Shown: piece after piece, positions 52,437 to 64,000 of the stretch
How the letters are laid out: the number at the start of each line of letters is the position of its first letter
Numbering within the stretch: the stretch's first letter is position 1
Assembly (NCBI GenBank): GCA_013239625.1
Contig: MU053934.1
Span: forward strand, 5,226,399 to 5,290,398
Origin: Lama guanicoe
Taxonomy: Eukaryota
Length of the DNA stretch: 64,000 nucleotides
Direction of reading: 5' to 3'
The notes under the pieces: model-generated
Told to the model about the DNA's origin: nothing
What the model saw: only the letters and a program-made list of their open reading frames with translations
Databases searched by the model: none
Position numbers and translations under genes: made by a program

Positions 52437-53839
52437 GTGAGCAACCGTGTCGGTGAACTGAATTCACGGCAGCTTTAGAGAGGGAGCGCCTCATCCTTAC
52501 TGCCCGTGCAAAGTCCGCGGGAACTGTTACTTCCGTGGACTATTGGGGTTATTCAAAAGATGGGGGAGGGTCCCAGGATGAATGTGTACCATCATTTCTC
52601 CTGTGAAACTGAGCCTTAGTGTGTGCCCTTGGCCCGAGAGGGTAATGTTGCTGCTCTTTGCCATCACTCTTCGGGGCCTTTTTTCCTTCTCAGACAAGAG
52701 CATTACAGTTTGCACCTCCGTGGCTCCAGCTGTCACCACGGGTGTGCGCCCAGGGTATGATTGGAAGTGGGACTAGTGCACAGGCTTGTTCTGAATCTTA
52801 GATGCCCATGTTTCTGTTCCCAGAACGCAGGGAGTATAGACAGAATGGTCTCTTAGATTATAATGTGGAATCTTGGGAGGATACCAAATAATACCATTCT
52901 GTAGTCTTTTATTAGATTTTTAAAATCAGTATTTCTTAAGAGACCCCTGAATTTTGAGCTTTGTTAAAAACTATTAGTAGATATAAGGGATCTTTTGCTG
53001 AGGGGTTTTCCTGGAAGTTTTGAGAGTTTTTAATAGGTAAATACTAAATCAGCTAACAGCTACGAACTTCTAAGCAACCCCCCACCCCTTTTTAAAAAGC
53101 TTGTTAACAGATTTCCACTTATCCTTGAAATGTTTTTTGAGGCTATATTAAAATTCAGAGCTTGAAGACTATCAGGCCTTGGCAAGGACAGTGAATTGGT
53201 GGTTGTTAACGATAGGATGCTTCATTCTAGTTCTGAGTTTGAACATACAGTGGCCTAGAAAATTCTGTTACCGTCTTGGGTGCAAAGTGAAGATGGAAAG
53301 AAAGCTGGTGGTGACCCAGGCTTCATATGGGATAAGCCCTGTTCATGAGGCTTCTTGTGGCTGGCAGGCCAGACGCAAAGCGGGCAGGGAAAGGCCTTCT
53401 GGCCCTTCCTTCCTGGCCCCTCGTAACCAGCTGCAAAGGGAAATATGAGGGGGGCGGTTGTGTTGGGCATTTTGGCGGCTGAGTCTAGCCAGGCCTAGAC
53501 GTAGATGTGGGTCCAGTGTGAGTCAGTCTCTTGTTTACATTCTTAAAAACCAATAGGCTCCTAATCTCAAGAGTTTGAGATTCTCTGCTTCCTTACTTTT
53601 ATATGGCTCTGTGTAGGAATTTTATCAACTTCATATTGATTTAAAGCTATTTGGTGAAAGGAACTAAAGTAAGTATAGATGAAATTATTGGGTTAAAAAC
53701 AGGTCATTTTCCCCCCCACCAAATGTAGTAAATTCCATCAAAATATGTGCTGAGGAAGACTAACTTATCAGATTAAGTTCCTTGGGCATACAAACTGATT
53801 CATGTTTGTCTGCCCCTGGCATCTGGCTGGGTGGGCATT

Positions 53840-54640
53840 CATCATTCAGCAGATGCTTACTGAGCAGCCGTGCATTGGCCACCATGGGAATTCAAATGTT
53901 AGCAGGATAGGGTCTCTGCCTGAAAGGTGCTAATGTTGGTGATGGAACATGTGAACACAATACACTGAGCAAAATGGCCCTAAACAGGGAAAGGTTATTT
54001 TCAGGTGATAAGCTCAAAAAAACTTCCGAGGAGAAATGGCACTTGTACTGCGCCCAGAAAGATGGGTGAATTTCAGTGTGTGAATTCAGAAGGAAAAAAA
54101 CAGTAGGTGCCAACGTGGAATGGTGCCAGGCTGCGAAGGCACAATTTGTGGGATGTAGACATCTTCAAAGAAAGTAGTGGAAGATGAGACTAGAAAAGTC
54201 ATTTGGTCCCAGATTGTGGAGCATCTTGATCAAACTTCAGGCCAAAGAGTTTAGCTTCCTTCTTGTGCATAAGAAACTGTCCGTTGCTTTCCATACAGCA
54301 GCGATACAATCAGAGGTGTGCTTTAGAAAAATTACTCCAGCCAGGAGTGTGTAGAGTGGATTGGAGATGTGAAACAAGCGCAAGGTGTTACTGCTTTGTC
54401 TCAAGATCCAGGAAGGCCCTTCTCTGTCAATAAGAATGGCAAGGGGATAACTCTGAGAGGTGCTGTAGGGGTAGATTTAGCAAATACACCAACCAGGCAA
54501 AATAAAAAGAAGATATGACTAAGATGGGAGTGATGCCAAGATTAACCAAGGCTGGCAGCTGTAGAGAACTAGTTTGTGGGGAAATGGGATGAGCTCTCTT
54601 AGGGGCAGTGTGAGCTCGAGGTGTAAATAGATGGTGCACG
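53840..54640 (-). mobile_element. Antisense L2 remnant ending just upstream of the giant exon acceptor
   Basis: Begins attcatcattcagcagatgcttactgagc (antisense L2 tail) and continues as purine-rich L2-like sequence. Confidence 0.6.
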
Positions 54641-54675
54641 TGCAGCTGTGACTGATAAGACAATCTCTTTCTCAG

Positions 54676-57024
54676 AGTCAACCCTTGGAGGTGCTGCTGC
54701 TTCAAATTATGCAAATTCCACTTGGGGCCCGGGAGCCTCCTCCAACAACGGCGCCTCCCCCAACCCAATTCACATCTGGGACAAGGTGATTGTAGACGGG
54801 TCTGACATGGAAGAGTGGCCTTGTATTGCCAGCAAAGACACTGAGTCTTCTTCCGAAAACACCACCGATAACAACAGTGCCTCGAACCCTGGCTCTGAGA
54901 AGAGCACTCTGCCAGGAAGCACCACTAGTAACAAAGGAAAAGGGAGCCAGTGCCAGTCTGCGAGTTCCGGGAACGAATGTAATCTTGGGGTCTGGAAGTC
55001 TGACCCTAAGGCTAAATCTGTTCAATCTTCCAACTCTACTACAGAGAGCAACAATGGACTAGGAAATTGGAGGAATGTGAGTGGTCAGGATAGAATTGGA
55101 CCTGGCTCTGGCTTCAGCAACTTTAACCCAAATAGCAACCCATCTGCCTGGCCAGCACTGGTCCAAGAAGGAAATTCTAGGAAAGGGGCATTGGAAACGG
55201 ATACTAGTAATCCCAGTGCACAGGTTAGCACAGTAGGTCAGGCATCCAGGGAACAGCAGTCAAAGATGGAAAATGCGGGTGTTAATTTTGTTGTCTCTGG
55301 CAGAGAACAGGCTCAGATTCATAACACTGATGGACCAAAAAATGGAAACACTAACTCCTTGAACTTAAGTTCACCAAACCCCATGGAGAATAAGGGAATG
55401 CCCTTTGGAATGGGCTTGGGGAACGCCTCCAGGAGCACTGATGCCCCTTCACAAAGCACTGGAGATCGAAAGACTGGGAGTGTTGGATCTTGGGGTGCAG
55501 CTAGGGGGCCTTCTGGAACTGACACAGCCTCTGGACAAAGCAATTCTGGAAACAATGGGAACAATGGAAAGGATAGAGAGGACTCCTGGAAAGGAGCTTC
55601 TGTTCAGAAATCAACTGGGTCAAAAAATGACTCTTGGGACAACAGTAACAGGTCTACGGGTGGGTCCTGGAACTTTGGCCCTCAGGACTCTAATGACAAC
55701 AAATGGGGTGAAGGGAACAAAATGACATCTGGGGTCTCTCAGGGAGAATGGAAACAGCCGACTGGGTCTGATGAGTTGAAAATTGGAGAATGGAGTGGTC
55801 CAAACCAACCAAATTCTAGCACTGGAGCATGGGACAATCAAAAGGGCCACCCCCTCCCTGAAAACCAAGGCAATGCCCAGGCTCCCTGTTGGGGAAGATC
55901 TTCCAGCTCCACAGGAAGTGAAGTTGGAGGTCAAAGCACTGGAAGCAACCACAAAGCAGGAAGTAGCGACAGTCATAATTCTGGCCGTCGGTCGTATAGG
56001 CCCACACATCCTGATTGTCAGGCTGTCTTGCAGACTCTTTTGAGCCGAACTGATTTGGACCCCAGGGTGCTCTCAAACACTGGCTGGGGCCAAACTCAAA
56101 TTAAGCAGGACACGGTGTGGGATATTGAAGAGGTGCCAAGGCCCGAGGGGAAATCTGACAAAGGAACTGAGGGGTGGGAGAGCGCTGCCACACAGACCAA
56201 GAACTCAGGGGGCTGGGGAGACGCACCCAGCCAAAGCAATCAAATGAAGTCTGGATGGGGGGAGCTCTCAGCCTCTACAGAGTGGAAAGACCCCAAGAAC
56301 ACAGGAGGCTGGAATGACTATAAGAACAACAACTCTTCCAACTGGGGAGGAGGACGACCAGATGAAAAGACATCTTCCTCTTGGAATGAGAATTCCAGCA
56401 AGGATCAGGGGTGGGGAGGTGGACGCCAGCCCAATCAAGGATGGACTTCTGGAAAGAATGGTTGGGGAGAGGAGGTTGATCAAGCGAAGAACAGCAATTG
56501 GGAAAGTTCTGCAAGTAAACCTGTGTCTGGGTGGGGTGAAGGAGGGCAGAATGAAATCGGAACTTGGGGGAACGGCGGTAGTGCCAGCCTGGCTTCAAAA
56601 GGTGGGTGGGAAGATTGCAAAAGGTCTCCGGCATGGACTGAGACAGGCAGACAGCCCAACTCCTGGAATAAACAGCACCAACAGCAGCAGCAGCCACAGC
56701 AGCCACCGCCACCACAGCCAGAGGCTTCTGGTTCATGGGGAGGCCCAGCCCCACCACCTCCAGGCAATGGACGACCTTCCAATTCCAGCTGGAGTAGCGG
56801 GCCGCAGCCAGTAACCCCTAAGGATGAGGAACCCAGTGGTTGGGAAGAGCCATCCCCACAGTCAATTAGTCGGAAAATGGACATTGATGATGGCACTTCA
56901 GCGTGGGGAGACCCTAACAGTTACAACTACAAGAATGTGAATCTGTGGGATAAGAATTCCCAAGGGGGCCCAGCACCTCGGGAACCCAACCTGCCTACCC
57001 CGATGACCGGGAAGTCAGCATCAG
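54676..57024 (+). CDS. TNRC6B: TNRC6B giant exon, 2349 nt (783 codons): GW/WG-rich Argonaute-binding region with Q/P tract and Ago-hook motif
   Basis: Lies within the 808-aa ORF 54648..57074. Acceptor ctctttctcag| and donor CAG|gtaggc. Many GW/WG dipeptides, [20 protein letters not shown] and [13 protein letters not shown] motifs typical of GW182/TNRC6. Confidence 0.98.
56673..56720 (+). repeat. Interrupted CAG/CCA coding repeat ([16 protein letters not shown])
   Basis: cagcaccaacagcagcagcagccacagcagccaccgccaccacagcca read directly. Confidence 0.9.
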
Positions 57025-57954
57025 GTAGGCAATGGCTTTTTCTCACAGGTTTTGATGAAGAAAAGAAATCCTAAACCAAGGCATCCTTAATTAAGCTGCA
57101 TTTATTACACTTAACTTTGTTCTGGGAATCTTTCCTACATTAACTCTATACTGGTGTTAACAGAAGCTCTCCTTATATAAAGTGGTAGTGATAACAGATG
57201 CTGGTAGTACATTTTCATGTTCATTCTTGGCAAAAGGAAGACATGGCATCCCTGGGTTAGTCTCCCAAAATTTTTTTTTGGTAATTGTATTGGTCTGCAG
57301 AATCCAAAAGACTTATATCTTGCTTAAACAAGCTATGCTCTAGATTTAAAAAGAAAGAATTAAAATAGTAGCAGAAATAGACCTGTTTCCATTCTGGTTC
57401 TGCCTGTGGACACATTCTCTGTTTCTCTTTCCCCAGCAATGGGAAGTGTTCTGTGTTGTTCTTGCAGAGAAGTTCTTGCACTATCAGAAAATGCTATAGT
57501 TACCTGGGATCTGGAGGGTTTCCGTCACTTTCCAGATGATTTTTAACAATTACCTCTGGAAGTGAAGTACTTCGTTACATGGAGATTGTTACCTCATGAT
57601 CATTGGTTGTCCAGAATTAAGTGTTCTTCCTGCCTTATTCAAATAGGAAACATCGCACCTAGTAAATTAAAAATAATGCTGGTAATCATTCTTAGTTTGG
57701 CATTGTCACCCTGAATGTCCCCACATAGTTCAACACATTGAGGGGATGTTCAGGTGTGTGGTTTTTTAGTTAATATTAATCATAATATTCAATTTTCCAC
57801 TCCCCAAGTTAGGTCTAGTGTTCAGTGGATCCAGGTATGACCATTCAGAAAATGATGACTTTTAACTCACTCTTTTTAAAAAAATATTGAGAAGAATGAG
57901 GAACGAACTGAAGATTGCTCATTAATTCACGTCTAGGATAAAACCTGCTAACAT

Positions 57955-58530
57955 GTAAAAAATTTTTTATTCATATAGGAAAACCCTTCAAACTGTACAG
58001 AAAAGCAAAAGGTAATAAATGAAAGAAACCTTAGACCTTAGGGTCTCTCCCCACAGGTCTTAGAATTTTGTGTCCCACTCAAAACTTTTGTTCATACCTA
58101 TAGCAAAATACATCTGTCCTTTAAAATTTTTACACAGAAGGGATAGTACTGTATACACTGCCTTTTTCACCTTGCTTTTTTCATTATTCATATTAGCACA
58201 TACATTTCTGTCTTTTAACTGCTTTGCATGTAGTATTCATTTGATGGGTGACCCGCGATAAGTCTGACCAGTTCCTTTTTGATGGATATTTAGGTCACTT
58301 CCAAGTGTTTTCTGACAGTGATGGAGGGAACATTGTTGTACATGTTATTTCATCTACTTTTACAAGTATATCTATGGCATAGTTCCTGGCAGTGGAATCA
58401 CTGGGCCAGAATTAAAGTGACAAAGCCAAGTGCCCTCCATGAAAGTGGGACTGTTTGCATTTCTACCAACAGAATACAGAAGTGCCTTCCTCCCACCTTC
58501 CCCTCCACTGGATATTATGGTGTTATTAAC
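57955..58530 (-). mobile_element. Ancient L1ME-like fragment upstream of the 159-nt exon
   Basis: gatggatatttaggtcacttccaa, gttcctggcagtggaatcactgggccaga and gtttgcatttctaccaacag antisense L1 motifs. Confidence 0.55.
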
Positions 58531-58566
58531 AAGTCATTCTTAGAGATCCGTGTCCTTTCTTTACAG

Positions 58567-58725
58567 TCTGGAGCAAAAGCACACCACCTGCTCCAGATAA
58601 TGGTACTTCAGCTTGGGGTGAGCCAAACGAAAGCAGTCCTGGGTGGGGTGAAATGGATGACACGGGAGCATCGACCACAGGCTGGGGGAACGCACCCTCC
58701 AACGCTCCAAATGCCATGAAACCTA
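58567..58725 (+). CDS. TNRC6B: TNRC6B coding exon, 159 nt, (V)[52 protein letters not shown]
   Basis: Acceptor ctttctttacag| and donor CTA|gtaagt. Open in the phase-1 frame continuing the giant exon, with GW motifs. This frame is not in the ORF track. Confidence 0.93.
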
Positions 58726-61576
58726 GTAAGTAGATGGCGTTATTTTTGAGGGCATCTCTGTTAATGTCGGGGTCAGACGTTTTGGTGAGGGCTGTTTAAT
58801 GTTTAAACTGTTGTTTCAGTGAGATTCAGGACCTTGAACCTTTAATAAATGGTTAGTAGCAAATGGTGGGGACTTGGCTTGGCCCATGTAAAAATGCTTA
58901 CAGTGAACTAAAAGCCATTAAGTTAGTTTTGTTGATTTTATTTTAAGTTAGGTTTAGTGTCTGGCCAGAATTGAAATTTTGATGTGCTCCGCTTTTTTTG
59001 CCCAGTAACTTAAATATTGCTCACTGTATCTATTTTGCATTTCTACTCTCATGTTAGTGTAATTTAGAAAACAAGTTTCCTGGTTTCCTAATGCGGAACC
59101 TGGTCTCTGCTGCCCGGTGACTTCATCTGTGCTTTTCCCTTTGTCTCTCTTCTCATACGTCCACCCACATAGGGACATTTAAGGTTTCTTGAACCTGACG
59201 AAGATTTCTTCATTTAAATTTTTTAAGCAAAGCACGTCACACTTATTTACTATCATTGAAAATCTAACCTCTACTTAATCCAGCTGGCAACGTGTAGTCA
59301 CAGTAATTTGCAAAACTTTGTAAATTAATGCTTTGGAAAGACCCATTGGATGTTCCTCAGTTGAAAATTTCAGTTTCAACTGCCTCTTTTCACTTGTTTG
59401 TAGTTTTCTTAAGAGGTATTCCAACATCTCTTTTCTACCATATTGCAGACTTAAGGAATTATCTTTTGGTTAAAAAATGTGGTCATACTAAATGCTCAAA
59501 ATATGAACAAGAATAAAAAATTCCATTGTCAAGTTTATTTTATGATATTTATGATTCTCATAGTGCCACATGAAGGAATATCATATCAACTATCATAGTC
59601 TAGAAATTCACTCTTGTGTCTGTGTAACTTGACTGCATTTTAAAAATTACGAATCTCCTTCACTTCATAGAAATAGCTTATAAAGACTTTGATTTCATCG
59701 TAAAATTGATCTCATTGTCATGGGAAATACCATCCTGTAGACTTGGAATAGTTCCAGAATACTATTGGAAGGTATTAACCAGACCCTTGGCACAAGGAGG
59801 TACCTTAGCAGTACTTTCAGGATTTTTATGTGTCTTTCCAAACTTCAGAATCACCTTTCTTCCATCACAAAATCCTCAGTTTTCTCCAGATTTTAAAAAA
59901 TGCCTTCTACTCTTCCAGATCATCCGCAGGTAAAGCTGCAGTTACTTTTACCCTTTCTCTGGGTGGTTGGAATATGTAGTACTCAAAGGTGGGGGCTGTA
60001 TTGTCACAGCCTGCCAACTGATGCTGACCTTCTCTAAACTGCAGGTGTCTTAAATTTGGTGTGGGCTCTGTGACTAAAAATCAGAACTCTCTTTTTTATC
60101 TTTCTCTAAAAAGTCACTTGTTACAAGTTAAGCTCCTTTCTCTACAAGAAGGGTTATGTGGATGTCTTCCTTTTTTAAAGGGGTCAGTATGTTATTTATG
60201 TTGGGGTTTAAATTCCTGTTGCTTGTCAGAAGATGTGTAAAGCCTGTGCTTACATAACAGTGGATAATCTCATATGCAGAAGAAACGATCCTGGTTATCA
60301 GTGGCGTTTCCATCAGCAGGGAGAACATTCCCCAAGCCGTGCCTCTTGCCACCCAGTCAGAAAACCCCTTAAAGTAAGGCTGAATGAACCCCATGGAGGG
60401 TCCATCAGGTTCACTTGGGCATTGCTGGAAGATGGTACCACAGTTAGAGGAAATCAGCTGTCTTGTGTCCTCTGTGCTTGATGGGTGCGTATGTGGCTTC
60501 ATAGGCCTGGTCCTAGGGCATGACAGCAGTCATTCAAGGAGGCCCAGAAGAGCCATTTTTCTGCCCCTGGACTCTTCATATGATGCTGTCTAAATCAACT
60601 AACTACCCTTCCATAAACGTCCTATCTTTTGGTCAATTGAAGCTGTGGATTGGGATCAAGACAGTATATTTCCCTTCCTTCCATCATTTTATAGAGTGTC
60701 ATTACTACAGAGTGTATTCATCAGTTCCATATGCTATTTTCAGAGGGAAATTAAGGGTTTATCCCAATCTCCAAATTCAAGGTCTTTGTTTAAAGGGGTT
60801 GTTGGTGGAATTGACTGTGGATATTGATGACATCCTGCTTTCTCCAACATGGGATCCCTGTGATTTCCCTCTGTCTTCGTTCTCCCTTCCTCTTATCTGT
60901 TGTCCATGTTGCCTCTGCCTGTCTCTTAAAGGCTGTTGCTTATACATTGTCTTTGCCTGAGATCTTTTTTAGTATCTAATACATTTCAAGTCTATAAATC
61001 TAATAAATTTCTAATTTTCATGGCTATATGTGAATTTCTCTTCTTATACCATAGTTTTGTTATTCAAAATCTATTAAAATTTTCTTTTTTATCCCTTTTC
61101 ATGTTCTTTTCTTCACTTCACTCCAAACAAGGTAGACAGTTGTTCCTTATCATACCCCATATTTATAAAGTCTATTTAAATAAGTATACCACATACTTTT
61201 AGGAGGGTGAAACTAAGGACTGCAGTAAAACATACTCGTTAAAAGTAACAGATTTCTCTTAACTGAGATGTGAAATTTCTTATAAGTAGTGATAGGTTCT
61301 TTTCAAATTGGGGGTTTCTGTCCACTTTGTATAAGGGGAAAAATCATTGAACTGGAAGCCAGGAAATCTTGCTTTGTGGTTTATTAACTTACTCTGTATC
61401 ATTGAACCTTTATGGGCTTCCATTTCTGCTCTCTAAAGTTTGAATAACATTTGCCTTGCCATACAGATGGGTTAGATAAAATTATAAATATACCAAAGTG
61501 CTGAGTTTGCAAGGAATGATTAGCGTGGTTATTGTATATAGCTGTTGCATACAGTTGGTTCATTCTTTTCTTAAAG

Positions 61577-61752
61577 ATTCCAAATCTATGCAAGACGGCT
61601 GGGGGGAGAGTGACGGGCCAGTGACAGGAACTCGCCATCCCAGCTGGGAAGAGGAGGATGATGGAGGAGTCTGGAACACCGCCGGCTCTCAGGGAAGTGC
61701 TTCCTCCCACAACTCAGCAAGCTGGGGACAAGGAGGAAAGAAACAAATGAAG
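61577..61752 (+). CDS. TNRC6B: TNRC6B coding exon, 176 nt, (N)[58 protein letters not shown]
   Basis: Acceptor cttttcttaaag| and donor AAG|gtagcc. Frame of ORF 61498..61776. Matches the recalled TNRC6B sequence. Confidence 0.94.
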
Positions 61753-63014
61753 GTAGCCTGCTTTAGAAATGCTTGAGTTTGCTTATTCATTCTTAGAAGG
61801 CAGAACTGAGAATTTTTTCATGGAAAAAGCCAGGCAGCTGGGAGTCCCTGAGGTCTTAAGTGAGGAGGAAAATACTTTCTTAAGAACAGATAACTACTTC
61901 CTCTTTGCTCCTCATCTTTTTTCCCCATGACCTTGAAATCGTGAACTACAAAACTTACTGTGGGTACAATGAAAGTTGCAAAGAAATGAGATTTTTTTCA
62001 CTTTAGTTTTCGTATTATAATTCCTTGGAAGCTTTCAAGGCACACTTTATAAATGTTTTATGCTTTTGCATTCTAAAGCCAAATTAGTCCTTAGAGTAAA
62101 TCCCCATGAATATGTAGAAGAGAAACCACAGTAAGTTAGCTTCTCCAGTGGCAATCAGCGTGACTGGTTTTTATCTGATTCGGGAAATTTCCAAGGCCCA
62201 GAAGCCTTTTCTCAATAAAGCGAAATGCCAGTACGTAACACAGCCATGGCAACTAGATGAGTTATCTACATCCTGTACCAGTTGTGTTCTGAAGTTTTTA
62301 CTTTCTGCATCTTAGAACAACTTAGTTTCTCCTTTGATTTGCATAATTTTATGAGAACTTTGGTTTTTCAGTCTAGAACCTGAAAGACTCTTCCAGTGGA
62401 AGCCCTCCATTTTCATTCCACAAATACACAGAAAGAAATAAGAAATAAGCAGCCATATATTTAACTTCAGCATGGGAGTCTTGCTGCCCTGAGAAATGCT
62501 TCACAACTGATACTCTCTTAAGTTTCAAATACCAGATGTCATTTTAGAAGGTCTTCAGTTGGCCAGGGGCCGTGCCTTCGTCCTCTTTGCCTATAGGGAC
62601 ATCAATTTTGTTCTGAATATAACTCTCTTTTACAGCCTAAGAATACAGGTTGTTTCTATTTGAGATTTTGTTTAAGCAGTCATTTATAGTTTTCCCTTTC
62701 AGAGGACTTTTATTTTCTTACTCCAGTCATACGTTATTTGGTAAACTTCCCAGTATTTTTAGTACATTCATGTTGTCTAGTCTGCTGTGGCTTTCTTTTT
62801 GTTATTTACAAAGTAACAATGAGACTAAATTACAAGACAGTTCAGGAGACAGCTAAGAAAGCAACTGAAGGAGAGGTACTAGCCCACTCAGGTAACCACC
62901 AAGGTTTAATGAAGCTAATTGGGAATTAAACATTTCTGCTCCATGACAGATGGTTCTGACCTTTCATACTGAAGGCCTGTTTTGGGATATGGCAGGGTGG
63001 AGATCAAAATACAG

Positions 63015-63187
63015 ATAACATAAAATTTTCCCTCTTAACCAGTTTTAAGTGTACAGTTCAGTGGCTTTAAGTACATTCACATTGTTGTGCTGTCATTACT
63101 AACATCTGTCCACAAAACTCTTCTCCATGCAAAACTGAAACTCTGTACCCATTAAACAGTAACTACCACTTCTCCCCTCCCTCCAGT
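63015..63187 (-). mobile_element. L1MB 3' end fragment
   Basis: ttttaagtgtacagttcagtggctttaagtacattcacattgttgtgc...aaactgaaactctgtacccattaaaca. Confidence 0.8.
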
Positions 63188-64000
63188 GAGGGCTTTTTTG
63201 ACCTTTAAACCTGCAAATGAACTTAAGTACCTTAACACTTTGAAGAATAATACCAGTTGCCATGACCAGTATCATCAGAACACAGACAGAATCTTTACCT
63301 GGAGAATGCACAAATGCATGAAGCCCTGTCACCTCCTGCCCCCAGCACGTCCCTGTCATAGTTCCACATGCCTTCTCCATAGAAAGAAAAGTGGAGCTGA
63401 TGATTGGTGTCTTGTTCAGGTGAGAAATGAGTTTGTCCCATCAAAAAACAAACAGAAGCCTACATCTGCCTGACTCTGCAATAAGATTGCTGCTGGTGTC
63501 TCCTGCTAGGCTTCTTTCCCTCTGGGGACCCCTGTCCTTTACACTGAAACAAGCAGATGAAGGTGCTACGTGGATGAGTTCCTCATTGTATCCGCACAGA
63601 GAATAGTGACCAGTTTAAATAGACTCCTTTCCAGATAACATGCACCATCATCAAAAAACTCTTTTTCTTTTCTCCTAATTCAAACGGGCTTGGGTTACAA
63701 GGAGATTCTAAGAGGGAAAGTACTAGCATACAAATGTTGTATTTTAGAAAATCTGATACTGACTTTCGATTTATGGGTGAAAACACTAGCTGACCATGTA
63801 TTTGTCCTGTTCTAATTCAGTGCAATGAATAAAATGAGAATGAAAACATAGATGTAACTAAGATGTACTACTTTTTTAGACTAACAGATAATGTATCAAA
63901 ATAACTAGTTAAAGAGAAATAGTTATGGTTCAAAAAGGTAAACTCTTGGTTTTATGTTTGCAGTACTTAATGCAACTCTAATAGGAAGTTGAAATAAAAT

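Noticed and set aside
52051..52494. Overlapping alternative-frame and antisense ORFs on the 342-nt exon
   Set aside because: Expected shadow ORFs of GC-rich coding sequence, with no recognisable protein features.
54702..56896. Several antisense and off-frame ORFs within the giant exon
   Set aside because: By-products of biased G/S/N/W codon composition; no independent support.
57035..57050. Acceptor-like ctttttctcacag just after the giant exon donor
   Set aside because: Only 24 nt from the donor, too short for a spliceosomal intron.
54648..57074. 808-aa ORF as a stand-alone single-exon gene
   Set aside because: It starts at an intronic GTG and both ends extend past clear splice sites; it is the giant TNRC6B exon plus intron read-through.
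1..64000. CRISPR array, operon or other novel multi-gene system
   Set aside because: No regularly spaced repeat-spacer array or gene-dense region; content is explained by one intron-rich mammalian gene and common repeats.

Overview
Mammalian genomic DNA, probably a camelid: it carries several copies of a tRNA-Ala-derived SINE resembling the Tylopoda Vic-1 family. The whole window lies inside TNRC6B (GW182-family Argonaute-binding miRNA silencing scaffold) on the + strand. About 39 kb of the large first intron is followed by six GT-AG coding exons: 39201-39288, a 22-nt microexon at 44779-44800, 52095-52436, a 2349-nt exon at 54676-57024, 58567-58725 and 61577-61752. They splice into one open frame covering about residues 2-1047, the N-terminal GW-rich AGO-binding region. 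The start codon and the C-terminal UBA/silencing-domain exons lie outside the window. The introns hold ordinary mammalian repeats (L1 3' fragments of several ages, L2, MIR, MLT1 and LTR33-like LTRs, MER DNA transposons, lineage-specific SINEs), with several nested insertions and readable target-site duplications. There are two N gaps, one flanked by what looks like an artefactual duplication. Repeat family names and most repeat boundaries are recognised by eye and approximate; exon boundaries were read base by base. I find no support for an undescribed biological system. The best leads are splicing-level: in-frame cassettes that add or remove AGO-binding motifs, a frameshifting microexon, a candidate poison microexon and possible intronic polyadenylation.
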